In this document: positions 49,189 to 61,393 of the stretch, in pieces
Position numbering within the stretch: the stretch's first letter is position 1
How the letters are laid out: each line of letters starts with the position of its first letter
NCBI GenBank assembly: GCA_907165135.1
Contig: OU015567.1
Location: forward strand, 310,001 to 374,000
Reading direction: 5' to 3'
From: Oikopleura dioica
Lineage: Eukaryota > Animalia > Chordata
Length of the DNA: 64,000 nt
Notes under the pieces: model-generated
What the model saw: only the letters and a program-made list of their open reading frames with translations
Told to the model about the DNA's origin: nothing
The model's database searches: none
Program-made: the position numbers and the translations under genes

Positions 49189-52143
49189 ATGAGTCAGATA
49201 AATTGGAGAAGAATTTCCCGCACTGCAATGGCGGAGCAAAAGATTGCCACGAGACTCGTCAGACTTTATGTCCCCTCGGATGCAAACGAGCCTCTCTCGA
49301 ATCACAGGCTGATGTTCGATCTGCAGACTCCCTCAAAAGCGAGATTCAATTTCGCAGAGCTCTCCTCGTGGTCCCAGATCATTTTCACGGCGCCATCAGG
49401 AAAAGAATCACTCTGGGTCGCTCACAGGAGCAACGAGCCTGGTTTCATACTCTCCATCATCGCAGACGAGATTGCAGAAGCAGAAACCGACCTCGCGGAT
49501 TCTTGGCAACTCGAATCAAAGCCATATCCATTTAAGCCAATGGAGAGCCCCACGAAGCTTCTAAAAGCAGACTCAGCGGGCACGACTGAGGACCCAAGCG
49601 TCAAGCTGGACGAATGCGAAACCATCTCCAATCTACTCGAAGCCCTGAAAATAGAAAAAGGACCAATAAGAATCGTGGCCAGGAGGCTAGACTCTCAGCG
49701 TAACTCGGAATCCCAAAGCGCGATGGAGAAAAGCAGACTCTTTCCGAACAACATCTCGGAGGAGCTCAACAAATGGGCGAAAATCAAGAGCCAAGACTGG
49801 TTCCGCGAGTGGGAAGACCTAGAAAATCAAGATATCCTGAACGAGGGATTCTGGCATTTCGTTTGCCTCCGAGTAATCGGTGAGAGCAAAATCAAGACCC
49901 AGGCGAATTACGAACGCCCAAGCTTCACGGACGACAATTGGCTCCGAAGACTCATAAAGAAAGGTCTTGAAACGATTTTCGACGCAATGCCAAGGTCAGA
50001 CGCTTTTATTACGCCAGAAGAACTACTGGACTCGCTCAAGATGCTGAAGTCTCTCCACAGCGACTGGCATGAAATTTGCCATCAGAAAAATGCCTGGCTA
50101 GAACTCAAAGCAAACGAGGACACCCAATGGGCGAACAAAAAACCGGCGAATATGAACGCATGGATCATCGACATAATCGGCGAATATGCATCGGAAGACT
50201 CACCCATTCCGAATCCGACTCCCTTAACAAAGATTCTCTCACCACTGCTGCTCCACCTGGTGCAAAAACAGCTCATCCAAGACTCAGTCATTGGTCAAGA
50301 CGGAAGCTGCAAGGAAATGCCCACCCAATGGCACGTGGACTGGAGCGAACTCAAGGATTCCCGGTCCCTCAAAAAGTGGCTGGAGTCAGCGGCGAAAAAA
50401 GTTAACCCGATTAATACCACGGTTAGAGTCAAAGAAGTTGGAAAAGGGGATTCCCACTGGATCCTGTGGATTCCTTACAAAGTCGTACCTCAAATATGGG
50501 TTTTCAACTACGGCGAGGACTCTGATTTTATCAAAGCGAAATCCCTCCTCTCCCTTGCAGCCCACCCAGCGCTCACGCCGTTAGAATCAGAGGCGCTCGA
50601 GAAGCTAGCCTCCAAACCTTGGACCACCCAAAACGTCAAAGAATGCATCTCGGCGTTCCAGAAGCCAACAAGAAACTTCTACGCCTCAGGAGCCTGCTTA
50701 GTCGGAGTCAACCGCCCCTTTCGAACTCAGAAGATCATCCTGGAAATCATCGCCAAGGTTGTAAGAGACACAAAAGCCCATTCTCACTTGCGCTCACTCG
50801 AGCATAACCTCGGAATCTTATCAACTGGCTGGAACTGGGCAAAAGGCAAAAGATTCAGCCCAAACAAGACTCTGGACAACTTCATCGACACCTGGATGCA
50901 GAAAAGAGAAGAAGTCACGGGAGTCACGAGACTCAGATTCCTTCGAGAACAACCAGAAAAGAGAGAAAGATCGTGCGAATGGCCAATGTGTGGGGAAGCG
51001 GAAGCGAGCACGACTTGGTGTAAAACACATCAAGGATTCCAAGAACTCAAAGAATCTCGCCAACCAGACTGCTCAGAGAAATGCCGAGTCGCAAACGGCT
51101 TCATACAAAAAGGACTCCCCCAGGGCACAAAAATGTCCATCGACAGCGAGGAATGGCAAGAAACCTTCTACAAACTCTCCGAATCTTTCAAAACGACTAT
51201 GCTAAAGGACGCTGGCGAAGACCTCATCCAGAGAATCCAGACCAGCGTAGTCGAAGGATTCGACTCTATCGTAAACGCTTGGAAATCCACGGCAATCCTT
51301 TTTCAGGGAGAAAACGACACAGCAGCGAACCTCAGCGAAAGTTTCCGGAAGTTCGGAAGAGTCTTAAAAAGACCACGATTCGAGAATCCGGGAGCAGCTG
51401 GAATAGTCATCTACCACGCAGGGCTAGAAAGATGCGGAGGAAAATTCGACGCTTTCGTAGTTGGAAACACCTCAACCAGAAAGAATCAACATCTCCCGAG
51501 ACTGGCGGATTCTATCTCCAAAAAATCTGGAGACAAATGGATGGAAGTAGCGAAAATTATCAGCGAACTCACATGCCAGAAAAACACAGTGCTGATTCTC
51601 CCTTCACAAAAAGACGCCAAAAAACTCAGAGAAGCTCTCGTCACCTGGTCGGCACCTTACGTTAAATTCGTCACCCAGGGCCCAACGAAGAATCTTCATC
51701 GAACACTCCAAGGGGACAAAAACCCAAGAATCTCGGGACTCTGGGAAATCTTCCAAATGGCCTGCGATGGGGACTACGAATCTGCATTTACCCCGTGTTG
51801 GGCACACCCCAGGGTGGCGGAAACGATGTTCAGATGCTGCAACGGCTTCGACGCTAAAAACCGAGCAGTCTCGAAAATAGACAAGCTCAAAATAAGAGCC
51901 AATCGAACAACCTGGGAGAATGTGACGGCCAAAACCCACATTCTAGCCCCAGACGCACCGTTCACGACCCACATCAGGGACATAATCCTCGACGGAATCA
52001 AGGCAGCGGAGAATCTTGACCTAGACCACGGAGAGGAAGCCAAAGTCGAGAATCTCTTCCCGAACGTCTGGTCTCAAGACCGCCAAAACATCGAAGAACG
52101 ATTCGCTCGTCTGAATGTCGCTGAAGCCACGGGAAGCGACTAG
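49189..52143 (+). CDS. Element ORF1, 984-aa intronless protein of unknown function
   Basis: Uninterrupted ORF inside the element. Contains a C-x4-C-x9-C-x2-H motif (CEWPMCGEAEASTTWCKTH). Confidence 0.85.
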   Translation: MSQINWRRISRTAMAEQKIATRLVRLYVPSDANEPLSNHRLMFDLQTPSKARFNFAELSSWSQIIFTAPSGKESLWVAHRSNEPGFILSIIADEIAEAETDLADSWQLESKPYPFKPMESPTKLLKADSAGTTEDPSVKLDECETISNLLEALKIEKGPIRIVARRLDSQRNSESQSAMEKSRLFPNNISEELNKWAKIKSQDWFREWEDLENQDILNEGFWHFVCLRVIGESKIKTQANYERPSFTDDNWLRRLIKKGLETIFDAMPRSDAFITPEELLDSLKMLKSLHSDWHEICHQKNAWLELKANEDTQWANKKPANMNAWIIDIIGEYASEDSPIPNPTPLTKILSPLLLHLVQKQLIQDSVIGQDGSCKEMPTQWHVDWSELKDSRSLKKWLESAAKKVNPINTTVRVKEVGKGDSHWILWIPYKVVPQIWVFNYGEDSDFIKAKSLLSLAAHPALTPLESEALEKLASKPWTTQNVKECISAFQKPTRNFYASGACLVGVNRPFRTQKIILEIIAKVVRDTKAHSHLRSLEHNLGILSTGWNWAKGKRFSPNKTLDNFIDTWMQKREEVTGVTRLRFLREQPEKRERSCEWPMCGEAEASTTWCKTHQGFQELKESRQPDCSEKCRVANGFIQKGLPQGTKMSIDSEEWQETFYKLSESFKTTMLKDAGEDLIQRIQTSVVEGFDSIVNAWKSTAILFQGENDTAANLSESFRKFGRVLKRPRFENPGAAGIVIYHAGLERCGGKFDAFVVGNTSTRKNQHLPRLADSISKKSGDKWMEVAKIISELTCQKNTVLILPSQKDAKKLREALVTWSAPYVKFVTQGPTKNLHRTLQGDKNPRISGLWEIFQMACDGDYESAFTPCWAHPRVAETMFRCCNGFDAKNRAVSKIDKLKIRANRTTWENVTAKTHILAPDAPFTTHIRDIILDGIKAAENLDLDHGEEAKVENLFPNVWSQDRQNIEERFARLNVAEATGSD

Positions 52144-52927
52144 AAAACGACTCCAAAAACTTCACCAAAATACAGTCAGGAAAAGGGCCCAAAAGAATCA
52201 GAAATTTCCAAAGAAAAAGTGAAAAAAAAGAGACTCGGAGCCCTCGAAAAGACTCAAAAATCGCCCAAAAACCCCCCTTTTCTGCCGCAAACAAGCTCAA
52301 GAATCTTCAACCTCAGGAAAAGACTCGCTAAATCTGTTAAATTCTCACTCAAAAAGAATCTACTTCACTTTCAATTAGCAAAAATCACAGAAAAAGAGTC
52401 TTACGAGAGAAAAACACTTTTTCCTCGAACTGCGCACCACCTCCACCACCAATCTCCACAAAAAAAGATCCGAAAGAGCACAAGAATCAGGAAATGGTCT
52501 CAAGAATCTAAAGATTTGAATCAAAATAGCATAAAATCCAAATTGGAGACCGTGGGAAAGTTGCAAAGTTGACTCACGAAATAGAGCGCGCTGATTGGCG
52601 GAGCACCAAAACGAGCCAGGATAAGCCAGGGCTCAAGCGAAATTGCCTAAATCAGCTTCATTTCTTCTCCAACAAAAAGAGAATCACCCAGAGCCCTTTA
52701 TAAAGAGAAAAACCACTGGATTCCGCTAGAATCAGACGCGTCAAAACCAGAGAATCAAAAAAAAAAGATTCTTCCCTTCCGGATCTTAATTTAGACTCTT
52801 TTTCTCGTGCTTCTTTTTAAAATTTCGCTCTTTCTTTTCAAATTTTCCTTGCGCTCCTCCAAACAAAACTAGCCAAAACCAAAATTTCGACTCTTTGCTA
52901 ACAAAGGCGTTTCTTCAGACTCTAGAA

Positions 52928-53939
52928 ATGACCCGAGACGCACAAGACGCACAGATTCACGACGCTGAAGGGCTCGAAAGACTCCGAGAGGAAGCCGGAA
53001 TCACCAAAAACCCGATCGACGAGCCAGACTACTGGAGGAAGATCAAATCGGCGATCAAGATGGACCCGGTGACTCAGTTCCCGCAGGAATCGAAGGGACG
53101 AATGCTCATTCGACTCAGACTGAAGATTGGAGACAGATTCAAAAATCTTCTCGAGCAAATGGTCGAAGGAATGGGTCAGAAAATAAAAAGAAAAAGAAAC
53201 TTAAAAAAAAAGAAAATTTTTTAAATATTGAAGAACAATTTTCATAACAGACTCTCAAGCCTTAGAATCGGCTTCTATTAAAATTCTGACCCTCATTAAA
53301 GGACTCACCGACCCCAACGCTCAGATGTCCCTCGATGGCTGGCAGAAATCCATCAACGACATCTCCCGAGTCCTCTCCGAGCTCGTGCGCGAAGAAAACC
53401 AGAAAATCGCCGAGGACGACCGAGCCCAGTCAGACCAGAGTCTCTTCTACGGCTGCCTCAACGCCGCCAAAGCCGCCATGGACGTCCACCCGCTCCTCAA
53501 CATCGTCTACATTGAGGAGTCACTCGTGATCCCGGAAGGAAGACTCCCAGCGTATCAAGAAAGAGTCTCAGCTCTCAAGGAAAAGGGTCAAATTAAAACT
53601 CTACACATTAAGTCGAGCCTTACAACTTTAAAAAAACCCTTTCAAAAGTCAAGAGCGGACTTTCTCCTCCGCCAAGATCGACTCCCCAAAGATGGCAAAG
53701 ACTCTCTGCGTAGCTGGAAGAAGCAAAGACGAAACGAGTACGTCAGCGATGGAGTCCCCAAAGACATTGCAGCTACGCTGGCAAGACGCGATTCAAGGAC
53801 CATCGGCTGGACGTCGCGACGAGACGGAACGACTCAGACTCACCCGGTGGAAGCGCAGCAGGCAAAATGCCAGGAATCCCAAACCACCCAAGGAAAGGCT
53901 GAAAGAATCTCAAAGAAAAAAGAGATTCATTTAAAATAA
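52928..53939 (+). CDS. Element accessory ORF2, unknown function, at least one intron (53175-53250)
   Basis: Removing GT..AG 53175-53250 joins ORFs 52895-53224 and 53325-53939 in frame. AATAAA signals follow at ~53935-53965. Confidence 0.7.
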
Positions 53940-54435
53940 AAATTGAAATTAAAACTCGAATAAAAATTAATAGAAAAAATGACGCACCATAAAACAAATC
54001 CACATAAGAAAAGGTGGATGAGCTCTTGGCCTTTCAATTTTGACTCACTTAGGCCAATTCAAAAAATAGAATCAGTCCTGATTTCAAAGAATCCAAAATT
54101 ATCAAAAATCCATTAAAAAGCCAATTCAAAACCCTCTTTCAGCCAAAAGATTCAGACTCGGCAGACTCGGCGACTCAGACGGAGAATCCAACTTCCTCAG
54201 TTTCGACTCAGACTCAGCAACCAGACCCTGCTCCAGCACAAGACTCGGCCAACAACGAAGAGGCAGACAGCGTCTCAGAACCAGATCTGTACGAAGACTC
54301 GTACAACGCCCGTTCAGGAAGGAGTCATAGAATTCCTAAAACATTTAAAGTCGAGCAAAAGTAACCACATAAAAAGAGAATCATATTAAAATTGTAACAA
54401 TCAAAAGACTCCACCCAAAAGACCCAACTCAACTC

Positions 54436-55167
54436 ATGCCTCCGGCCAGCCAAAATGCTCCAGTAGACTCCGAAGATGGCTTTTCTTCAGACGAAGAAAT
54501 CATGGAAGAATCCGGCGGAGAAGAAGATGAAGCTACAGTCGGATTCCCAGAGACTCAAGCCCAGAAAGAACAACAGGACTGGAGCAGACGCACAGACACA
54601 CTCTTCGAGTCAGCGGCGGAGCAGAAAGAAGCAGAAGAAAGACGAGTCAGAATCGCTGCCCAATGGAACGAGCCGCTCAAAGACATCAAGGAAGAATCCG
54701 AAAGCAACGCATCAGTCAGAATGGAGCAGAAGGAAAAAGCGGAAGCTGAAAGACGACTCCAGAAAGAAGAGTTCGAGAAGATTCAGAAGCTGAAGCAAGA
54801 ACAGGAGGACAAAGCGAGAGCCAGAGAAGCCATCAGACTCCGAATGCAGCGACAAGTGGATGAAAACACCAGAATCCGACGCGAATACCACGAGGAAATT
54901 CAGCGGAAGAAGGAGGAAGAAGAAGCTCAAAAAAGACGCCTCGCCCAAGACAAAGAAGCAGAAGAAAGACGCCGAGCAGCCATCAAGGCAGACGAAGAGA
55001 AAGTCCTCACCAAACCAGAAGTTGGAATCAGGCTCGTCGCAGAAACCGGCAGAAGAGGGAATCACTACTACCTGTCGAAGAAGGAAGCGAAGCTTATGAG
55101 CAGAATCTCAGGATCGGTTAGCACAGCAAAACTAGCTAAAAACTTCTTCAAACAAAAAAGAGTCTAA
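54436..55167 (+). CDS. Element accessory ORF3, acidic N-terminus + long E/K/R coiled coil (may splice to ORF4)
   Basis: 243-aa ORF; similar acidic coding-like sequence lies upstream at ~54140-54320. Confidence 0.65.
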   Translation: MPPASQNAPVDSEDGFSSDEEIMEESGGEEDEATVGFPETQAQKEQQDWSRRTDTLFESAAEQKEAEERRVRIAAQWNEPLKDIKEESESNASVRMEQKEKAEAERRLQKEEFEKIQKLKQEQEDKARAREAIRLRMQRQVDENTRIRREYHEEIQRKKEEEEAQKRRLAQDKEAEERRRAAIKADEEKVLTKPEVGIRLVAETGRRGNHYYLSKKEAKLMSRISGSVSTAKLAKNFFKQKRV

Positions 55168-55199
55168 AAGAACTGGGCTAACCAAAATAAGTCCGAGCC

Positions 55200-55699
55200 A
55201 TGCTCGATAATCGCCAAATCCAGAACTTCGAAGAAATCAGGCAAGCTTGGTTCAACAGCGAAGGACTCCTCAAATTCAAAGACTCCAAAAACCCGGGCCA
55301 CCGCCACTACAAGTACACCCTCCGATCCGGCTGGACCATCAAAGAAGGCACCGAAAACTGGAAGCTGGATCCAGTCGCCAGACTCAGCGCAGAGGAACGA
55401 CGAGTGGTCCATTACTTGGTGGAATTCCTCAACTACCAAGGAATCAAACGAAGATTCAAGGAGGCACTAGGTAAGAGCATATCTAAACATCGAAAATACA
55501 GAATCTAATTCATTTCTAGACACTGGACTCCTCAACCCGGCCAAGATGGACGCGATCCTCGTCTTTGCCTACAAGATCTGCGGCGGAAACCTGGTCCACT
55601 ACGTCCGATTCGTGTTCGTCCGACTCTTCAGACTCCACGACATCCCGATTCCCCCAGTGCACTCAGACGCCGCCCCAAAACCTCCACGCCACTACTAGA
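55200..55699 (+). CDS. Element accessory ORF4, unknown function, intron 55471-55519
   Basis: Removing the GTAAG..TTCTAG intron (49 bp) extends the ORF to ...EALDTGLLNPAKMDAILVFAYKICGG...PKPPRHY*. AATAAA lies near 55813. Confidence 0.65.
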
Positions 55700-56200
55700 A
55701 AAAGAAGAGAAGAAACTCTTACCAGACTCTTAGACTCATATTGCCTTTTTCCTCAAAACATTGAAACAGAACTTACCTCTTTCCATTCTCCAAATTCAAA
55801 AAGCTGTACATAATAAATAATTCGATCTCATCAGAAGATCTTCGCCTCTTTACTTCGAAGCATCACAAAATAGGAATCTAAACCGTAAATCCTCAAGCTA
55901 CAAGATAAAAAATCTTGTAATTAAAATATATGAAAACTCGCCAAATTAAAAGAGCCAAAAAATTCAGAATGGAGAGTCAAAATGCAGAGCCGCCAGAGGA
56001 ATATAAATTACCTTCAGAGTCAGGCCAGGGCAACAAAGAGTCACAAAAACGCCAGAATCCCCTAAACCAATGACTTTAAAAAAAAGAGCCCCTAAAAAGA
56101 AGACTCGAACGACGAAGCTCCACCTTCGGACCAACCGGAAAGCCCGCCAAACGAGAGCCAAATTGACTCGAAGAATCCTCAGCAAGGGCAAGGCACTAGC

Positions 56201-57412
56201 GTGAACCTGGAGAGACTCAAAGGGCTCGTTTGGGACATCCAAAACAGCCTCAACACAAACGCTTCCATCCCACCAAAAAGAATCTTATGCTACGGCGAGA
56301 CGCTGGATGACAAGATCAATAATCTAGCAACAGAAGCTGCCAAAATCATCTCCGAGTCCCAAGAGGCCTCAAAAATTATGAAAACGATCCTCCAAGAAGC
56401 CGAGCATGAGGGTCTCCAGGGAATCCAACTGCTAGACGCCTTCCAAACCATTGCCATAATCGCGCACAGCCCATCCATAGGAATCAACCGAAGACTAGCG
56501 TCCACAAACAAGGTGGAGCTAGAGACGATTCAAGACACGCTGGAACTGACAGTCAGACCTGTAGTGGAGAAGCTTATGAAGCAAGTCCACGCTTCTAGCG
56601 TCTACAATTCGGCGGAAATAACCTTCTGGGCCAAAATGATGGAGCCACTGGAAAGAGACTCAGTTTCAAAAGATGATCTTCGGAAGCTAGAAGAGGCCGC
56701 GGCTTGGATCTTGGGAAGGCTCTGGAATGAATCTGCAGAAGCCATCTTCAGAATGATCTTAGCGAGATGCAAGCCACCAGAAAACCTCAACTCTCGAGCA
56801 TCACCAAGAATGACGCTCATAGCTCACATTTGGAACATCAGATTCAAAAAGATTCTAGAGTTGAGCCCGGACAAAAGACACGCTTCCTTCGCGAACGAAA
56901 GACAACTCAGCATCTCCATCGCCAACTCAATATTTGGAGAAATCCTTTTCCAGATAACGAACACGCGATGCATCTTTCCAAGACTCCTATCAAGTGCAGC
57001 AAGATCAGCATGGACCCACCTTAACACGCTTTGCGGAGCATCGAATCCCATCAGTCTGACGCTCAAAGAGTTCTTAACGAACATTGACTCGAATCAAGAT
57101 TACACGGCCTGGGACGCAATCCGTACGCTGCGCAGAATCTGGCCACCGAGAGATTGCATCGCTGATGCTGAATATAGAGCCCTCAATCTCAACGACATCG
57201 ACAACCGCCTCGAAAGAGGACTCGAAGATCCATCCTCACTTTACGGCACCACATACGAGAAACTCTTCTGGAAAATCCCGATTCCGAGAAGCTATGAGTC
57301 CGCCCGCACAACCGCGGGATTCAAACGAAAGAGAGCAAACGAAGAAGACGAAGAGCTGGAAAACAATCGAATCAGAGATGCAGGCCATGGCGAGCAAAGG
57401 GATCTTCAATAA
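56201..57412 (+). CDS. Element ORF5, helical protein in the gag position (overlaps pol start); true start probably ~55969
   Basis: 403-aa ORF whose last 35 bp overlap the likely pol ATG (57378), like gag/pol overlaps in DIRS elements. Confidence 0.75.
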   Translation: MNLERLKGLVWDIQNSLNTNASIPPKRILCYGETLDDKINNLATEAAKIISESQEASKIMKTILQEAEHEGLQGIQLLDAFQTIAIIAHSPSIGINRRLASTNKVELETIQDTLELTVRPVVEKLMKQVHASSVYNSAEITFWAKMMEPLERDSVSKDDLRKLEEAAAWILGRLWNESAEAIFRMILARCKPPENLNSRASPRMTLIAHIWNIRFKKILELSPDKRHASFANERQLSISIANSIFGEILFQITNTRCIFPRLLSSAARSAWTHLNTLCGASNPISLTLKEFLTNIDSNQDYTAWDAIRTLRRIWPPRDCIADAEYRALNLNDIDNRLERGLEDPSSLYGTTYEKLFWKIPIPRSYESARTTAGFKRKRANEEDEELENNRIRDAGHGEQRDLQ

Positions 57413-59800
57413 ACTCAGATTCCCAATCATAAACCCAGTAAACATTCACAATGATTCAATCACCGGCCCAAAATCCTTACCTGAATGGAGAGTCTACGAG
57501 ACAGATCTGCTTCACAGAGTCATAAAAGTCCTAAATAACGAGATCAAGCCCGACTGGAGAGAACTGACGCTCAAAAAAGAATCCGATTTCATCGCCGGCC
57601 AATGGACCCACAACAAAGACAACTGGAGAGCCTTAATCCATCAGATGCCCGAGAAAGTAAAGCCTCTCATCTACCACTTTGTCCACGCCGGAGCAGACCT
57701 ATTTTTGAATCTCAAAAGAATACCGCCGAAGAAGCCAGTCAAATTCAAGCGAAAGGAACTGGTAACTATTTGGAAAAGAAACTCAGCCAACGCGGACACC
57801 CTTAGGAAGATGGACGGAAATTTCAAAACATGGTACAACCACAGACTTAGACTCTCAAAATTTGTGCCTCGACCATACGAAAAAATCGGCAAGCGATTCA
57901 AGACTCTCACAATCCCGAGTCAGGAAGCTGTAAGAGAAAGAAGCGACGAGATTGCCCAACAAATTACCGACTGGTGCGAAATGGGCTCAGTAACAAGAGT
58001 CACAGAAGCCAAAGGATGCTGGATCCGCGCGGGATTCGTTCTGGTTGACAAGCCAGGCAGGGAGACAAGAGTCTGCTGGAACGGTGGAGTTCTCAAACCG
58101 CTTCAACTATACACGTTCCCGTGTAAATTGGAAGGCATTGGAACAGCGATTCAGATGCTCAAAAGAGGGGATCTACTGTACAAATTCGACGATAAAAAAG
58201 GTAAAACAGCAGCAAAACTTCAGAACCAAAAACTCAAATCTAGGATTCCACCAGCTCCCGCTCAGCGAAGAGAGCAAGAAACTCGCCTGCTTCGAATGGG
58301 GAGGCCAATATTTCAGAAACAATATTCTAGCATTCGGAATCCCAGCCGCGCCCGGAATCTACCAACTCATGAATCTGTGTGGAGTCAATTTCCTGAGGAA
58401 AAACGGAATCAAAATCACGCTCTATTTGGACGACAGACTCTTGGCGGTTACTCCAGAATCTGAGGAAGAACGCCGCCAGCTGCTGTCGGGAGAAAAAACC
58501 AGCAAGGAAGTCTGGGCAACGGTAGCGACGCTAGTAGCTCTAGGTGGCTATGTTAACATCGCGAAAAGCACCTTCGAGCCTACCCAGAGAATAGAATTCC
58601 TGGGCTTCATTCTAGACACGGAAAACGAGACGGTAGAGATACCAATTCAAAGATGGTCAGCCCTAAAGAATCTCATGAAAGATGCCGAGGCAGAGGCAGA
58701 AATTCCGACGCGGACACTGGAAAGAATCAGAGGCACAATGGCAAGCATGGCGGAAGTCCTCCCGAACATGAGAATGCTCATCCGTCAAACAACAATCCTC
58801 ATCAGTGAAGCCATCAGGAATGAAAAAGAATCCTGTATTCTGACTCAAGAAGTCCGAGAGGAATGGAGACTTTGGAATCTTCTGGAAGAAAAAGGACTCA
58901 AGAGGCATTGGACCAAATTAAATCGACAAGAAACCGGTCTCATAATATACACAGACGCTTCTTCGCACGCAGGAGCCATCGTCATCGAGCACTGGAAGCT
59001 AGAAGAAAGATTCGCGTGGGAGCCGGACGTAGCAGACAAACACATCGGTATCAAAGAAGCCCTCGCGATCCAATACACACTCGAGTGGTACGGTCAGAAG
59101 CTTCAGAACAAGAGAGCGCTGTTCCTCTGCGACAACGACAGTGTGGTTCAAGGAGCGATAGCGGGTAGCAAAGACCCGGAAATGAATCGGATTCTAGTGA
59201 GAATCTGGACTCTGGCGCATCGCTTCAACATAGACATGAAGGTCGATTGGGTCAGCACAAAGAAGCAGCTGGCTGACGCTCCTTCCAGGGATTTGGACTC
59301 GAGGGAGCAAAAACTAACGGCAAATGGATTCGCTTATCTCCAATCTCACCTCCGGGATCCGCTCGACATCGACGTGGCAGCAACGGTAAGACTCAAACAG
59401 CGAAGCGGACTCGCAAATAAACTTCCATTCCGTTCAGCCACTCAACAATAAATGCAGAGACTTCATCGCACGCCGAGAGACGAAAGGAGCCTTTGGAAAA
59501 GACTTCCTAAGCTTCCCAATCCACGCACTTATCGGAAAAAAATTGTATGCGTTCCCGCCTCCGAAGATTTCTCACAAATACTACAACAGACTCACCGAAA
59601 TAGCAACGCCCTGGGCTCTGGTGGTGCCATGCTTTGAAGCCGAACCTGTAGTGGTAACACAGGCAAGACTCAAAGGCTACAGAATCTTTGACATACCGGC
59701 GGATTCCATCCTCACGCCCTCAAAAATAAAAACTGCTGAAGGCTACTGGAAAGTCGCGCTAAACATCTCAACCATAAAAATTATTGCTAATAGACTCTGA
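57378..59800 (+). CDS. pol: reverse transcriptase - RNase H - N6-adenine DNA methyltransferase-like domain; introns 58201-58243 and 59386-59437
   Basis: After splicing: RT KFDDKKGFHQLPL...LAFGIPAAP...LYLDDRLL; RH YTDAS...HIGIKEALAI...LCDN...WVSTKKQLADAPSR; MT IDVAATPLNNKC...DFLSF...LYAFPP...WALVVP. Confidence 0.93.
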
Positions 59801-59903
59801 AGCTCTGCAGCCTCTCTCTTAGACTCACCATTCATCCAATTCACGGAAAACACAAATCTGACTCTCAAACCCTCTGTTTTTAGACTCGGAATCAATTGAA
59901 AAA

Positions 59904-61211
59904 ATGGCGGAACAGACCAAAACCCTCTCCAAGCTTCTTTCTGACCACACGAAGCTCACGGAGCAGGAAGCGAAGACGCGGGCGGTCAGAGTCCAGATCA
60001 CCAAGGCAGCATTCTACGAGCATTCAAAGACTCAAGCTCAAACGGAAGAGGCTGATCGACTCATCGTGGAAATTGAGGACATCAGAAAAGACATGGCGAC
60101 TCACGATAAGCTCACCGACTCCCTCATTGTAAGTAATCTCCACCAAACGCAGAAAGAACTCCCTCTTATTACAGAAAGAGATCGCGGAACTCGAAGCCAA
60201 CCGCGACAAGAGTCTCGAGATCAAAAAACGAGAGCCCAACGCCAAAAAGCGATCGGAGGAGGAAAACAAATTTTATGACCGTTGGAATCCATCGGAAATA
60301 GAATCTAAACTCCGCCGCCTGATTGCCGACAAGATGGAGCGCTACAGCCTCAAGGGGTCCATGTTCGCCCAAATCAAAGCTCGAGAAACGAAAATCACCG
60401 AGCTCTCCCAAAACACGACCGAGTCAGCAGCGGTCTTCAAGGAAAAGGACCCGCTCACGGGTGTAGAATCCTATTTCATGGTAAGAATAAATAGTAAAAA
60501 GAAAAAGAAAAAAATCTTACATCCTAATTTTCAGACTCAAGTCGGCTCAACGAGCCTTCCACAAGATGAAGGAGACTCCCTCCGAGACATAAGCAAGGAA
60601 TTCCGAGCGTTCGTCACGGATGCCAAGACTCAACGGACCTTCAGACGAGAAAAGCTCCTGAAGTTGCTCGGAAACTATAAGAGAGCCATGACTCCCGAAT
60701 ACACCGAGCGGGCGATCATCGAAAGCGTCGTCGACGAACTGATTCGAATGCCGGACATGACCCGCAAAGACGCGCTTCTATCCCTCACGGTAAACCTACA
60801 ATTCAAAAAAAAACACACACGACTCATAATCCACTTTAGCCGCTTATGCGCCCAAACGTGCGCCACCAATTCGACAGAGCCATGACAATGAACACGACTC
60901 ATCCGACCTTCAAGAAGATGATCATTAACCCCTGCGATGGTTCAGAGGACTGGCGCACCGAAAAAGACTCTAAACCAGGCCGTGGGCGTCGAGGAGGACA
61001 CTCGAATGGCGGCCAAAGCAAGAAGCAGAAAACGGACCATCAAGGGGAAAATGCGAGCCCCAAATTCAACCCCGAAGGAAGCGGACATTCGGGAGGCCGA
61101 GGCCGAGGCCGCGGGCGAGGCCGAGGACGAGGCCGCGGGCGAGGCCGCGGCGGTGGAAGCAATCAAGGAGGAGACACTAAGAAGTTCCAAGACCAAGGCG
61201 GAGTCGAATAA
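59904..61211 (+). CDS. Element ORF7, coiled-coil protein with C-terminal RG/RGG tail (gag/nucleocapsid-like); introns 60129-60174, 60481-60534, 60790-60839
   Basis: GT..AG introns join ORFs 59904, 60334 and 60846 in frame. The C-terminus reads GRGRGRGRGRGRGRGRGGG. Confidence 0.8.
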
Positions 61212-61393
61212 TCCCAAAGACTCTCTTTAAGAATCAATCCACTTCTTAAGCGAAGAATAGCCCCTGGCAGTGCGCAGTTTTTCGCCTAGTTTCTCTCTTT
61301 CAAAACCACTGCCAATCTTTAAAAGCTTTTCACACTTAAAAACATTCAGGCCCTCTAAAAAAGCTCGAGCCCGAAAAGACTCAATTCAGATTC

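Noticed and set aside
51340-51640. Helicase-like fragments in ORF1 (GIVIYHAGL; VLILPSQKDA)
   Set aside because: They occur in the reverse order to SF2 motifs, and I found no Walker A or DExH box.
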